The notes beneath the pieces are model-generated. The model was not told the origin of the DNA and made no database searches. It saw only the letters and a list, made by a program, of their open reading frames with translations. Both the position numbers and the translations under genes were made by a program. Shown here piece after piece: positions 53,495 through 63,486 of a stretch of 64,000 bases of DNA (its first letter is position 1; each line of letters begins with the position of its first letter). Source of the DNA: Gemmatimonadota bacterium (GTDB lineage: Bacteria > Gemmatimonadota > Gemmatimonadetes > Palauibacterales > KS3-K002); contig JAZGAL010000175.1 in NCBI GenBank assembly GCA_036475815.1, positions 4,403 to 68,402 of the forward strand, read 5' to 3'.

Positions 53495-55030
53495 ATCCTG
53501 ATTCTCGACTACGGGTCGCAGTACACGCAGCTCATCGCGCGGCGGATCCGGGAGGAGCGGGTGTATTGCGAAATCCATCCACCGACCCGTTCGCTGGACT
53601 GGATCCGGGATTGGGAAGCGAGCGGGATCATCCTCTCCGGTGGCCCCGCTAGCGTCTACGACGAAGGTGTGCCGGGACTCGAACCCGGGCTCGTCGAGAT
53701 CGGGACGCCGGTGCTCGGCATCTGTTACGGGATGCAGCTTCTCGCCCGGCTGGCTGGTGGCGAGGTACGCGGCGCCGCGAAACGTGAGTACGGTCGTGCC
53801 GATCTCCAGGTGAAGGTGCCGAACGATCTGTTTGATGGCTTCGCTGCGGGTGAGCGTACGACGGTCTGGATGAGCCACGGGGATCATTTGGAGGAGCCGC
53901 CGGCGGGCTACGAGGTGCTGGGCGCCACCGAATCCGTTCCGGTGGCGGCCTGCAGAGCGAAGGACCGCCCGATATTCGGCGTGCAGTTCCACCCGGAGGT
54001 GGCGCACACCGCTCGAGGCGGCGAGATCATCTCCAACTTCCTCTTCCGCGTATGCGGCTGCAATCCGAGCTGGACGACCGGCTCGTTTATCGAGAACCAG
54101 GTCGCCACGATCCGGGAGCAGGTGGAGGGTCGGGGGCAAGTGATCTCGGCCCTTTCCGGCGGCGTCGATTCGTCGGTCGCCACGGCCTTGGTCCACCGCG
54201 CGCTTGGGGATAAGCTCGCCTGTGTCTTCGTCGATACGGGCTTGTTGCGCAAAGGCGAACGTGATTGGGTCGCGCGTACCTTCCAGCAGCACCTCGGGAT
54301 CGACCTTCGGGTTGTCGATGCCGTGGACACGTTCCTTGACCGATTGGCGGGCGTTGAGGATCCGGAAGAGAAACGGCGGATCATCGGCCACACTTTTATT
54401 GATGTCTTCGAGGAGGAGGCGCGGGGAATCGGTGATGACGTCGAGTTCCTTGTACAAGGTACGCTCTACCCGGACGTCATCGAGTCGCTCTCCGTTCGCG
54501 GTCCTTCCGATACGATCAAGACCCACCACAACGTTGGCGGCCTGCGTCCGGACCTCCCCTTCGAGTTGATCGAGCCGCTTCGGGAGCTCTTCAAGGACGA
54601 GGTGCGCCAGGTCGGACGCGAGCTCGGGCTTCCCGAGGAATTGGTGGGCCGGCACCCGTTTCCCGGGCCGGGCCTGGCGGTGCGCGTGCTCGGTGACGTT
54701 ACGCGCGAGCGACTCGCGGTCCTGCAGGAATCGGACGCGATCTTTCTAGAGGAAATCCGCGCCGCGGGCCTCTACGACGAGATCTGGCAGGCCTTCGCTG
54801 TCCTGCTGCCCGTGCGTTCCGTTGGCGTGATGGGCGACGGTCGCACCTACGAGAACGTCGTCGCGTTGCGAGCCGTGACCAGTCGCGACGGGATGACCGC
54901 CGATTGGTACATGTTCCCGCACGAGGTGCTCGGGCGAATCGCGACCCGGATCATCAACGAAGTCGCGGGAATCAACCGCGTCTGCTACGACGTCAGCTCG
55001 AAGCCTCCGGCAACCATCGAGTGGGAGTGA
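53495..55030 (+). CDS. guaA: GMP synthase (glutamine-hydrolysing)
   Basis: GATase catalytic [12 protein letters not shown]-PPase SGGVDSSV and C-terminal PPATIEWE. The conserved N-terminus [20 protein letters not shown] is encoded upstream of the first canonical start (GTG 53561). The true start is probably ATC 53495, CTG 53498 or ATT 53501, after AAGGGA. Confidence 0.93.
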   Translation: MLILDYGSQYTQLIARRIREERVYCEIHPPTRSLDWIRDWEASGIILSGGPASVYDEGVPGLEPGLVEIGTPVLGICYGMQLLARLAGGEVRGAAKREYGRADLQVKVPNDLFDGFAAGERTTVWMSHGDHLEEPPAGYEVLGATESVPVAACRAKDRPIFGVQFHPEVAHTARGGEIISNFLFRVCGCNPSWTTGSFIENQVATIREQVEGRGQVISALSGGVDSSVATALVHRALGDKLACVFVDTGLLRKGERDWVARTFQQHLGIDLRVVDAVDTFLDRLAGVEDPEEKRRIIGHTFIDVFEEEARGIGDDVEFLVQGTLYPDVIESLSVRGPSDTIKTHHNVGGLRPDLPFELIEPLRELFKDEVRQVGRELGLPEELVGRHPFPGPGLAVRVLGDVTRERLAVLQESDAIFLEEIRAAGLYDEIWQAFAVLLPVRSVGVMGDGRTYENVVALRAVTSRDGMTADWYMFPHEVLGRIATRIINEVAGINRVCYDVSSKPPATIEWE

Positions 55031-55797
55031 GCGTGGGCGCTGTCGATCTGCGCGAGCTCGTCGCCTATCTGGACGAGTATCTGGAGATCGCTGCGGTGCC
55101 CGACTTTCCCGGTGCCGCCAACGGCTTGCAGGTAGAGAACAGCGGAGCGGTCAGCAAGATCGCGGCCTGTACCGATGCCTGCCAAGCCACGATCGAGGCG
55201 GCCGCCGGGCTCGGAGCCGACCTGCTGCTCGTTCACCATGGCCTCTACTGGGGTGCCGGACTCAGGCCGCTCACCGGCCGCAACTACCGTCGCGTGCGGA
55301 AGCTGGTCACCAGCGACATCGCCGTCTACTCGGCTCATCTTCCTCTGGACGTCCATCCAAAAGTCGGGAACAACGCCGAGCTGGCGCGTGGCATCGAGCT
55401 GCGCGTTCTTGGCCGGTTCGCTGAAGAGCAGGGTTGCGCCATCGGCGTGTGGGGCGAGCTGAACGTTCCTCGGGAGGAGCTAATAGAGCGGCTCCAGAGA
55501 CTGCTGGGTCATGAGGCGTTCGTCATCGCAGCGGGCCCGGAGGAGGTTCGGCGGGTAGGGGTGCTCAGCGGGGGCGGTGGAGCGCACATCGGGGATGCGC
55601 ACCGCATGGGCCTGGACACCTTCATCACGGGCGAGGGAGCCCACCACACGTTCTTCGACGCGCAGGAATGGGGGCTGAACGTCTTCTACGCGGGCCACTA
55701 CGCGACGGAGACGTTGGGGGTGAAAGCCCTGGCGAACCAGCTGAGCGCGAAGTTCGGTCTGGAGTGGGAGTTCATCGACCACCCGACGGGCCTGTAG
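55027..55797 (+). CDS. Nif3-like dinuclear metal centre protein
   Basis: Start placed at GTG 55027 (GTGA overlap with guaA). [25 protein letters not shown] and TGEGAHH motifs are typical of the NIF3/YbgI family. Confidence 0.85.
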   Translation: MSVGAVDLRELVAYLDEYLEIAAVPDFPGAANGLQVENSGAVSKIAACTDACQATIEAAAGLGADLLLVHHGLYWGAGLRPLTGRNYRRVRKLVTSDIAVYSAHLPLDVHPKVGNNAELARGIELRVLGRFAEEQGCAIGVWGELNVPREELIERLQRLLGHEAFVIAAGPEEVRRVGVLSGGGGAHIGDAHRMGLDTFITGEGAHHTFFDAQEWGLNVFYAGHYATETLGVKALANQLSAKFGLEWEFIDHPTGL

Positions 55798-56143
55798 GCT
55801 CGTCGTCGCGCGACCGCCGGCGATCTTCCACGTTGGATGAGTCCTGCGGTTCGGGACTCCGCAGCCGCCTCTCGATTTCCAGCCAGACCTCACTCAAGTA
55901 CTCGGGATCGTCTGCATAATGCTCGGCGAAGCCCAGCAGGTCTTCCTGGCTGACACCGCGTCGGTCGAGGATCTCTTGGGCGCGCTGCGAGGCGGCGACT
56001 TCGTCCGGCTCCTCATCGGCCGCACGCAGGATCTCCACATAGATGTCGACGTACTGCTGCTGACTGATGGGGGGGCGCTCGATAACCTTGTCGCAAGCCG
56101 TCACGAGCAAAAGGGTGCTCAGGGCCAAGACGGCCCCGAGCAC
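55772..56143 (-). CDS. small hypothetical lipoprotein
   Basis: This is the C-terminal 123 codons of the 55772..57133 track ORF. A GTG at 56143 gives LGAVLALSTLLLVTAC-DKV (lipobox) followed by an acidic helical domain. It lies 35 nt downstream of the OPT gene stop. Its 3' end overlaps the convergent nif3 gene by 26 nt. Confidence 0.5.
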   Translation of the reverse strand: MLGAVLALSTLLLVTACDKVIERPPISQQQYVDIYVEILRAADEEPDEVAASQRAQEILDRRGVSQEDLLGFAEHYADDPEYLSEVWLEIERRLRSPEPQDSSNVEDRRRSRDDEPTGPSGGR

Positions 56144-56178
56144 CCTTCCCTCGGGTCGGGCACCGACCCGGCTCGGCG

Positions 56179-58146
56179 CTACAGCGCCTTCGCCTCGGCG
56201 TTCGAGAAGCGGTAGAAGTACCACAGTACCAACGGGAACACCAGCAGACCGAGTATACTCTGCAACTTTGGATCGCTGATTATCGTTGGAAGCGAGTAGT
56301 TCGCGACTATCAACCCCGCGATCAGCACTCCCATCAACGCCTCGCCGGCCACGAACCCGGAGGCGACCAGGATGCCTGTATTGCTGGCACGCTCTAACTG
56401 CTTGGGCGTGTACTTCTTGCGGGCAAGCATCCCGTCTACCATATACTTGAGGACACCGCCAATGAAGATCGCGAAGGTGCTGTAGATCGGGAGGTACATG
56501 CCCACAGCCACCAGCATCGGCGAGGGTGCCCGGAGCAGGATCAGCATGACCCCGAACAGCATGCCCGCCAGGAACAGCGGCCAGACCATCTCGCCGCCTA
56601 CGATGCCCTGGCTTACCATCGCCATGAGACCGGCCTGCGGTGCGGGCAGCGCCGTGGCAGGATCCGCGCCCGGGGCACCGGCGAACCCGTAGGCTCTGCC
56701 CAGCAGCCACAGCGCGACGGCGAGCGCGGGTGCCGCGAAGATCACCGCGATCAGCTCCCCTTTCTCCATCGACTTCGGTGTTCCACCCAGGATATGTCCG
56801 ACCTTCAGGTCCTGCATCATGTCGCCGGCGATCCCCATGGCGCAGCACACCACCGCCGCCACGCCCAGCACGGCCAGGACGCCGCGGTCGCCGGTCAGGC
56901 CGATGGCGACCATGAGCAGCGCGGCCAGGATGAGGGTTGTCAGGGTGAGCCCGCTGATCGGGTTGTTGCTGCTGCCGATGACACCCACCAGGTAGCCGGC
57001 GACGGCCGCGAAGAGGATGCCTGCGACCACCATCACGATAGCTGCCAAGATCGAGCCGCCGAAGCTGCGGCTGAAGAAGTAGTACAGTATCGTGATCGGA
57101 ACGAGCAGGCCGAGGATCCCAAAGACGATCCACTTGTACCTCAGATCCTGCTCGAGGCGGCTTTCCACCTCGACCGCCTTCACCTGCTTCACGTCCCTAA
57201 GGACCCGGCCTATGCCGGTGCCCAGGCTCTGACGCATACTCCAGAGCGTCCAGACGGCACCGACCACCATCGTTCCCACGGCCAGCGGGCGGACCATCGA
57301 CGCCCAGACCACGTTCACGGCCACCGGCCCCCAGCCCTCGACATCGGCCAACGGCACGAGGTCTCGGTTAACGAACGTCATCACGGGTACCAGGCACCAC
57401 CAGCCGAGGACGCCGCCGGCGAAGACGACCGACGCCAGCCGCGGGCCGATGATGTATCCAACGCCGAGTAGCGCCGGCGATGCGGAAGGCGTGGATAAGT
57501 AGATGCCGCCGACGTACTCGGAGATCAGGGCTCGACCCTGATCGATACGCGCCACTCCCCAGGACCAGAACCCCGTCATCGTCCCGCTGAGAACGCGCAG
57601 GCCCGACGCGTTCTTCATCAGTTCAATCAAGGCCGCCGTCAACCCGGCGATCACCAGGTACTTGCCCCCGGTCGCCCCACCCTGCCCGGCCTTGTGGATC
57701 TCGCTGGCGGCCACCGATTCGGGGAAGGGGAGCCCCGCATCCTCGACCAGCGTGCGGCGCAGGATGATCACGAAGAACACACCGAGCATTCCACCGATCA
57801 CCATGATGATCCCGGAGAGCAAGATGTTGACCTCCGGCCACACGCCGGCGATGACGAAAGCAGGGATCGTGAAAATCGCCCCGGCTACCAGCGCCTCGCC
57901 CACGGAGGCGGTGGTCCGTGCGATGTTCTCTTCCAGGATGGACCCTCCCACCGGTCGCAGCATGGCCATGGCCACGACAGCGGCGGGGAAGGTGGCGGCG
58001 ATCGTGAGGCCGGCCACCATGCCGATGTACGCGTTGGCTGCACCCAGGATCACGGCCATCACCACGCCAAGCAACACGGCGCGCAGAGTGAACTCCTTCA
58101 GACGCGTGTCCGCCGGGACGTAGGGCTCGTACGGTTTCGGGTCCAT
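56179..58146 (-). CDS. OPT family oligopeptide / metal-chelate transporter
   Basis: 655 aa with ~16 TM helices. N-terminus EFTLRAVLLGVVMAVILGAANAYIGMVAGLT and internal GYLVGVIGSSNNPISG are typical of bacterial OPT transporters. Confidence 0.88.
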   Translation of the reverse strand: MDPKPYEPYVPADTRLKEFTLRAVLLGVVMAVILGAANAYIGMVAGLTIAATFPAAVVAMAMLRPVGGSILEENIARTTASVGEALVAGAIFTIPAFVIAGVWPEVNILLSGIIMVIGGMLGVFFVIILRRTLVEDAGLPFPESVAASEIHKAGQGGATGGKYLVIAGLTAALIELMKNASGLRVLSGTMTGFWSWGVARIDQGRALISEYVGGIYLSTPSASPALLGVGYIIGPRLASVVFAGGVLGWWCLVPVMTFVNRDLVPLADVEGWGPVAVNVVWASMVRPLAVGTMVVGAVWTLWSMRQSLGTGIGRVLRDVKQVKAVEVESRLEQDLRYKWIVFGILGLLVPITILYYFFSRSFGGSILAAIVMVVAGILFAAVAGYLVGVIGSSNNPISGLTLTTLILAALLMVAIGLTGDRGVLAVLGVAAVVCCAMGIAGDMMQDLKVGHILGGTPKSMEKGELIAVIFAAPALAVALWLLGRAYGFAGAPGADPATALPAPQAGLMAMVSQGIVGGEMVWPLFLAGMLFGVMLILLRAPSPMLVAVGMYLPIYSTFAIFIGGVLKYMVDGMLARKKYTPKQLERASNTGILVASGFVAGEALMGVLIAGLIVANYSLPTIISDPKLQSILGLLVFPLVLWYFYRFSNAEAKAL

Positions 58147-58257
58147 CGACAGCCTCCTCGCAGTCTTCGGATTCTGGTCGATCCAGCAGCACGGCTCACC
58201 CCGAGCCGTTATCTACCGCTGACAAGCTGTTGGACGGGAGTTCAGTGAAGCCGCGAC

Positions 58258-58286
58258 AGCGTAGGACGCTCAAAGCGGCATGTCAA
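58258..58286 (-). promoter_or_regulatory. candidate promoter for the OPT transporter gene
   Basis: On the minus strand: TTGACA (58286-58281), a 17-nt spacer and TACGCT (58263-58258). It lies in the 143-nt gap between the NHL gene stop and the OPT start. Confidence 0.3.
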
Positions 58287-58289
58287 GCG

Positions 58290-59396
58290 TCAGAGCGCGC
58301 CAAGGAAGGCGACCGGAGTGCGCCGCACTATGTGGTGGCCGCTATCGGAAAGGTAGAGAAGGTCGAAGGCCGATACGGCGAGCCCCTGAGGCGAGCTGAG
58401 GGCCGTCGCTCCGGCGGGGAGGAGATCGCCGTTGAAGTCCACTTCACCCGTACCGGCAAAGGTGGAGATCCTCCTGTTCACCAGATTGACAACGCGGACG
58501 CGATGATTGTCCGTATCGGCGATATACAGCACCGATGCGTCGGCGGCGACGGCCAGGGCCGAAGGAGCGTTGAGCAGCGCTTCGATTGCCGGCCCGTCGT
58601 CACCACTGGATCCCGGCGCGCCCGCCCCGGCGACCGTGCGGATCAACCCGGTCGCCAGGTCGATAGCCCTGATCCGGTTGTTGCCGCTGTCCGCGATGAA
58701 GAGGACGCCGTCTCCGAAGACCAGACCGGAGGGCTCCTGCAGTCGCGCTACATCGGCCGGGCCGTCGTCACCGGTGAACCCGGCCAGACCCGTCCCGGCG
58801 ATGGTTACCAGCACGCCGTCGGCCTCGATTCGGCGAACCCGGTGCGCGCCCGTCTCCGTGAAGTAGATGCGACCGTCCGCTGCTACGGCGACATCCGTCG
58901 GAGTGTCGAGGTTCGCCTGCAGGGCGTCGACGCTGTCCGGCACCGTGCCGCGAACACCTGTCCCGGCAATGGGCACGAGGTCCGCCGTGGCGATATCCAG
59001 ACGCCAGATCCGTTGGCCGAACGGATCGGCGATGAGCAACCCGCCCCTGCCGTCCAGGGCGAGCCCATTCGGCGCGTGGAGTCTCGGTTCCTGTCGGCGG
59101 TCACTGTGATCGACCAGTACGACGATGTCGCCGGACGGCGACACCACCAGCACGCGGGCGTTCCCGCTGTCGGCGATGTAGACGGTACCGTCCTCGCCCG
59201 CCGCCAGGTCCAGCGGTGTGTCGAGCAGGCTCTCGGTCGCCGTCGCGCCCAGGCTGTCTCCCGGCAGATCCGCGACTCCGGCGATGATTCGCAGGGTTCC
59301 CGGCGAATCGCCCACGACGATCAGCGGATCGCCGCAGGCGCCGAGCGGCAGCGCAAGCGCGCCGGTCAGGGCAGCAGCTCGAAGGAGATGACCCAT
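58290..59396 (-). CDS. NHL-repeat beta-propeller lipoprotein
   Basis: 368 aa. Lipobox ALPLGAC-GD. About six repeats of the type P.GLA.D..G.LYIAD.GN.RI. Confidence 0.8.
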   Translation of the reverse strand: MGHLLRAAALTGALALPLGACGDPLIVVGDSPGTLRIIAGVADLPGDSLGATATESLLDTPLDLAAGEDGTVYIADSGNARVLVVSPSGDIVVLVDHSDRRQEPRLHAPNGLALDGRGGLLIADPFGQRIWRLDIATADLVPIAGTGVRGTVPDSVDALQANLDTPTDVAVAADGRIYFTETGAHRVRRIEADGVLVTIAGTGLAGFTGDDGPADVARLQEPSGLVFGDGVLFIADSGNNRIRAIDLATGLIRTVAGAGAPGSSGDDGPAIEALLNAPSALAVAADASVLYIADTDNHRVRVVNLVNRRISTFAGTGEVDFNGDLLPAGATALSSPQGLAVSAFDLLYLSDSGHHIVRRTPVAFLGAL

Positions 59397-60550
59397 ATGT
59401 CGTAATCGCCGCGCTGACTCAGCTTAGAGAAGGCCAGGTGCAGGCCATCGGGCGAGATCGCCGGCTCACGGCCGCCTTCGCTGAAGGACAGGGGTACGGC
59501 ATTGCGGCCGTCCGCCTCGCCCATCCAGATCCGGTCGTCCCGCCGGAAGAGCAGCATCGCCCCGTCGCTCGACCAGGCCGGATCCTCACCATCTCCAAGC
59601 TCCGTGAGCCCGCTGCCGTCCGGGCGGATCAGGCTCAGGATTCGATGGCCCTGGAGGTAGTTCGTGCGCTCCTGCACGCAAAACGCAACGAACCCCCTGA
59701 CGTATACACAGGTCGTAGCGGACGAATCGGCACGCTCCAGGCGCGTGAAAGCGATCAACGCGCCGTCCGGGCTCCAGGCCGGGCTGACTCCTTCGCTACT
59801 GTTAGGTATAGGCTGGGGCTCGTCGTCACCCACGTTCCAGATGAGCAACTGGAGCCCATCGCTGTAGACCACCCGCGCGCCGTCGGGCGCCCAGCTGGGC
59901 CGAAACACCGATGTGCCCTCCTGGTCGAACAGCTGATGGAACGGATAGTTGTGCACCACGTGAGTGCGCGGGGTGTTGAGGATGTTGAAATCGTAGACGA
60001 CACCTGGAATTGCAACGGTGAGGGCGGGGTCGCCCTCCGCAGACCCGGTCGCGTCGAAACGGCGGACGCGCAGGATGATAACGCGCAAGCGGGGTAGCGA
60101 CGCATCGTTGACAGCTGGGTTGCAAGAGACGGGGGTGCCGGGACACACCTCAGGCCATGGCGGGCCTAGTTCCGCATAAACGAACCGCTCACCAGAGGGC
60201 GCAACCTCCGGTGCGATAAGCCAGCGCTCGATAGTGCCGGGAACCTGAACGTTCGTCGTGATCGGTCGTGCTACGCCACCCAGCCGCGGCTGGCCGACCA
60301 GTACGTTAGCCTGGTCGGAGAAAAGATCGAAGCCACCCGCGGCGTAGTAGATCGAATCGCCGTCGCTCGACCAGGTGGGCGTTCGGTCGTCACCCGGATT
60401 GAAGGTCAGGCGAAACGCGACCTGCTCGGCGGGCAGCCTGCGGTCGCCTGCCGAGAACGGCGCTACGTCATCCCGGCAGCCACCGGCAGCCACCGCTGCC
60501 AGGCCGATCAACAACAAGGCGCGTTGTCCCACATCCCTGCTCTTTGTCAA
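59366..60550 (-). CDS. TolB-like PD40/WD40-like beta-propeller lipoprotein
   Basis: 394 aa. Lipobox AAVAAGGC-RDD. PD40-type repeats are present (PTWSSDGDSIYY, PSWAPDGARVVY, PAWSPDGALIAF, PAWSSDGAMLLF, PAISPDGLHLAF). TTG start overlaps the TBDR stop. Confidence 0.75.
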   Translation of the reverse strand: MTKSRDVGQRALLLIGLAAVAAGGCRDDVAPFSAGDRRLPAEQVAFRLTFNPGDDRTPTWSSDGDSIYYAAGGFDLFSDQANVLVGQPRLGGVARPITTNVQVPGTIERWLIAPEVAPSGERFVYAELGPPWPEVCPGTPVSCNPAVNDASLPRLRVIILRVRRFDATGSAEGDPALTVAIPGVVYDFNILNTPRTHVVHNYPFHQLFDQEGTSVFRPSWAPDGARVVYSDGLQLLIWNVGDDEPQPIPNSSEGVSPAWSPDGALIAFTRLERADSSATTCVYVRGFVAFCVQERTNYLQGHRILSLIRPDGSGLTELGDGEDPAWSSDGAMLLFRRDDRIWMGEADGRNAVPLSFSEGGREPAISPDGLHLAFSKLSQRGDYDIWVISFELLP

Positions 60551-63486
60551 AACGCGATCTCCAGGCCGAGGCGCAGTTGCAGGGGTTGGCCGAAGTAGAG
60601 CGATGGATCGCTGGCGTCCAGCGCGGCGGCGAACCTCGCGGTCTCGAACTCCCTGACGCTGATCACGCCGTCACGATCCAGGTCGGCAAGCGCACTGTAG
60701 CGCGGCGACTCGAAGGGGATCGGCGTGAACCCGTCGGACAGCTCGACCGCGACATCTTCCAGATCACTCGTTCGGGGCGCGAGCTCGCCGGTGTCGCGTC
60801 GCAGCGCGATCACGTTGTCCGTGTCCAGTATGTTCCGACCGTCCAGTAGCACGCGCCAGCTACACCTGCACACGCCCAGGTTGCCCAGGTCGTAGCTGAA
60901 CCGGAAATTGAGGAAACTCGTCCAGGGCAGCCGCGCCCTCAGATGCGGCACCTCCTCCGAGATACTCCCGCCGGCGAGCTGCCGGTCGATGGGGTAGCCG
61001 CTCTGCAGCGATCCTGTCAGCGAGGCGCCGAACCTCCAATCCGTAGCTCCCGCCGCTCGCCCCACGAAGACCATGAAGTTGGCGGAGTGGCGACGATCGA
61101 ACGCCAGGGGAAACTCGATCCGCCGATCCGCGGCCGCGGAATCTACCTCCTCGAATGCTCCTGACGTGACACCCACGGCCTCCTGCAGGGCATAGCCAGC
61201 CATCAGTCGCACCTTTGGCCAACGTCCCTGGAAGCTGAGCTCGATGCCCCGGACGTTGCCGAAGTCGCCCGTCGTGAATTGATTCGCCACCGTGTTCGAG
61301 AACGAGAGGCCGCTGGTAACCAGGTTGTTCAGCTCCTTCAGGAACACCACGGCGCTCACCGCGAGCCCCTCGGTGAACATGTGGCGAGCTCCAAACTCGT
61401 AGGCCGTACCCTGTTCGAAGGCGAGGTTGGGATTCCCCTGTCGTCGGATATCAGCTCTCAGCGAGTCGCCTATTGTGCTGTCGAGGAAGAAGCGGAAGTC
61501 GGGTGGCTGGGCGACCTTGCCGTAGTTGAACCAGAGCATCGTGCGGTTCTCAGTCATGGGGATGGGGATAGCCACGCCGATCCTTGGCATGAGGAGACTC
61601 CGCCACTCCGTATCGATGACGGGTGACAACAGGTTCGCCCGATCTTGCTGGAAGCGAAGACCGGACCGGAAACCCTCGTATCGAACCCCGAGCTGCACGG
61701 TGATGTCGTCGGCCGTGAGCAGCCCGAGCTCGGCCCACGCGTTGGCTGTGGTCGGGTAGAACCGCGCGAAGCTGGGTGAAGACCCGGGCAGGAAGGAAAG
61801 CACTCGCTCGTAGTTTTCAACCTCGTAGAAGCGCGTCGAACCGCCGGCTCGCAGCGAGTGGCCGCTCGCTGAGAGGATCTCGCCCACCAGATCGCCGCCG
61901 ATGAAACCGGTGCGGTTCCAGTTTGCGATGTCGGGGGTGCCCTCGGTGAAGAAGATTCCTTCCGCCGCCGGACCGAACGGCGACCCAGTCACTCCCCCCG
62001 GCGGCACGTAACCGGGCACAGCGGTCCCCGACTTGATCTGTTCTTCTATCGGCTTGCGCGCGAACTCTTCGCCCAGGAACCGGAAATCACCGAAGCCGAA
62101 GCCGGCAATGCGCGTTCGCGCGTCGAACGTCCAGGGATCGACTACTCCCAGGTAGCGGTCCAGGCGCATCGCGGCCGCCCGCGCGACAACGTGGTACGCG
62201 CGCCCCGGTACGCTCCGGCCCCAGTCCAGCGTCAGGGTGGCCAGGTACCCCTTCGTGCGTAACCCTTGCTGGAACTCCGGGTTGTACTTGAACTGGGGCG
62301 TGTACAGCTCGCTCTGTCGTCGATTGTAGATGAGCGTGAACGTCAGGTTGGTGCTCGGCGCCAGCGGCTGATCCCAGCGCAGCAGGCCGATCGTTCTGTC
62401 CCCGCGCTGGTACGGCAGCCGCGGCCCCGTATAGGGACAATACAGGTGCCGGGTAGTCGGGTCGCTCGTGAGAGCATCGATCGCTTCAGCCAGCTGGGTA
62501 TCGCCGTCCTCCGGTCGGAGACAGGCCAGGCCGCGCGCGCGCGGATCGGCGTCAACCAGTCCTTGAGCGAGGACATCGACAAACAGCGTGCTCCGCTCTC
62601 CCAAGAACCTCAACGGTCCGCCGAGCGAGAAGGCGAGGCTGGAGAAGCCGCGGAAGAGGTCGTCCGGCAGCCACTGGTCGCTGGACACTTCAGCCCGGCC
62701 CTCCCAGCGCTCGGTGTTGCCCCTACGGGTCACGTAGCTCACCACACCGGACAACGCTGAGCCGAATTCGGGCCTCGTCCCACCGGTAACGACCTCGATC
62801 TCCTCAAGTGCGTGAGGCGAAAGCTCGATGCCACCGACCTGGCCCGTGGCCTCGAACTGGTTCTTCACCTCGAGTCCGTCGATCCGGTAGGTCTCCTGTC
62901 CGACCCGCCCGCCTCGAAAGTGGCCGCCGCTCACTCCCGTCGTCAGCTCGATCACCTGGTCGGTATCGTCCACGGGCAACTCGATCAGCTCACGCCCCAG
63001 GACAATCTCGTGCGACACGGTGACCTCGGGATCGATGAGCCGAACCCGCTCGACCTCGGCCTCCACGCCCTCGACTTCCAACGGGCTTGGCGTCAGCTCG
63101 ATCCTAACGGGCACGGTTCGGCCGGCGCGTACCAGCACTGTGGCCGTGACGGTGCGGTAGCCCAGCAGATCCACCACCAGCCTGTGCTCACCGGACGGCA
63201 CCGTAGCGAGTATGAACTCGCCGCGCTCCGAGGTGAGGACGTACAGCTCCAGTCCCTCCACCCGGACTTCCGCCATCGGGATCGCCTGCCTCGTCACAGC
63301 GTCGGTCACGCGGCCGATGATCTGGCCTGTCGTCTGGGCCCAGGAAGAGGCCGGCACGCTGACCGGAACGAGCGCCAGCCCGACGACGTAGAGGACGCGC
63401 CCGGCTGCGCCGTGCCGCGCTCGCAGCGTGGCGCTCACGCTGCGCAGCCGGTCTCGCAGGTCATCGGCCGGCGAAGAGATGCTCAT
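60547..63486 (-). CDS. TonB-dependent receptor with an N-terminal carboxypeptidase-regulatory-like domain
   Basis: 979 aa. A signal peptide precedes the CarboxypepD_reg domain (GQIIGRVTD...VPSGEHRLVVDLLGYR). The plug has RGGRVGQETYRIDGLEV. A long beta-barrel ends in the terminal aromatic LGLEIAF. Confidence 0.88.
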   Translation of the reverse strand: MSISSPADDLRDRLRSVSATLRARHGAAGRVLYVVGLALVPVSVPASSWAQTTGQIIGRVTDAVTRQAIPMAEVRVEGLELYVLTSERGEFILATVPSGEHRLVVDLLGYRTVTATVLVRAGRTVPVRIELTPSPLEVEGVEAEVERVRLIDPEVTVSHEIVLGRELIELPVDDTDQVIELTTGVSGGHFRGGRVGQETYRIDGLEVKNQFEATGQVGGIELSPHALEEIEVVTGGTRPEFGSALSGVVSYVTRRGNTERWEGRAEVSSDQWLPDDLFRGFSSLAFSLGGPLRFLGERSTLFVDVLAQGLVDADPRARGLACLRPEDGDTQLAEAIDALTSDPTTRHLYCPYTGPRLPYQRGDRTIGLLRWDQPLAPSTNLTFTLIYNRRQSELYTPQFKYNPEFQQGLRTKGYLATLTLDWGRSVPGRAYHVVARAAAMRLDRYLGVVDPWTFDARTRIAGFGFGDFRFLGEEFARKPIEEQIKSGTAVPGYVPPGGVTGSPFGPAAEGIFFTEGTPDIANWNRTGFIGGDLVGEILSASGHSLRAGGSTRFYEVENYERVLSFLPGSSPSFARFYPTTANAWAELGLLTADDITVQLGVRYEGFRSGLRFQQDRANLLSPVIDTEWRSLLMPRIGVAIPIPMTENRTMLWFNYGKVAQPPDFRFFLDSTIGDSLRADIRRQGNPNLAFEQGTAYEFGARHMFTEGLAVSAVVFLKELNNLVTSGLSFSNTVANQFTTGDFGNVRGIELSFQGRWPKVRLMAGYALQEAVGVTSGAFEEVDSAAADRRIEFPLAFDRRHSANFMVFVGRAAGATDWRFGASLTGSLQSGYPIDRQLAGGSISEEVPHLRARLPWTSFLNFRFSYDLGNLGVCRCSWRVLLDGRNILDTDNVIALRRDTGELAPRTSDLEDVAVELSDGFTPIPFESPRYSALADLDRDGVISVREFETARFAAALDASDPSLYFGQPLQLRLGLEIAF

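Noticed and set aside
55772-57133. 453-aa minus-strand ORF overlapping the OPT gene in another frame
   Set aside because: The N-terminal ~330 codons overlap the strongly supported OPT transporter and are Arg/Gly/Pro/His-rich. Only the last 123 codons, downstream of the OPT stop and with a lipobox, were kept as a separate small gene.
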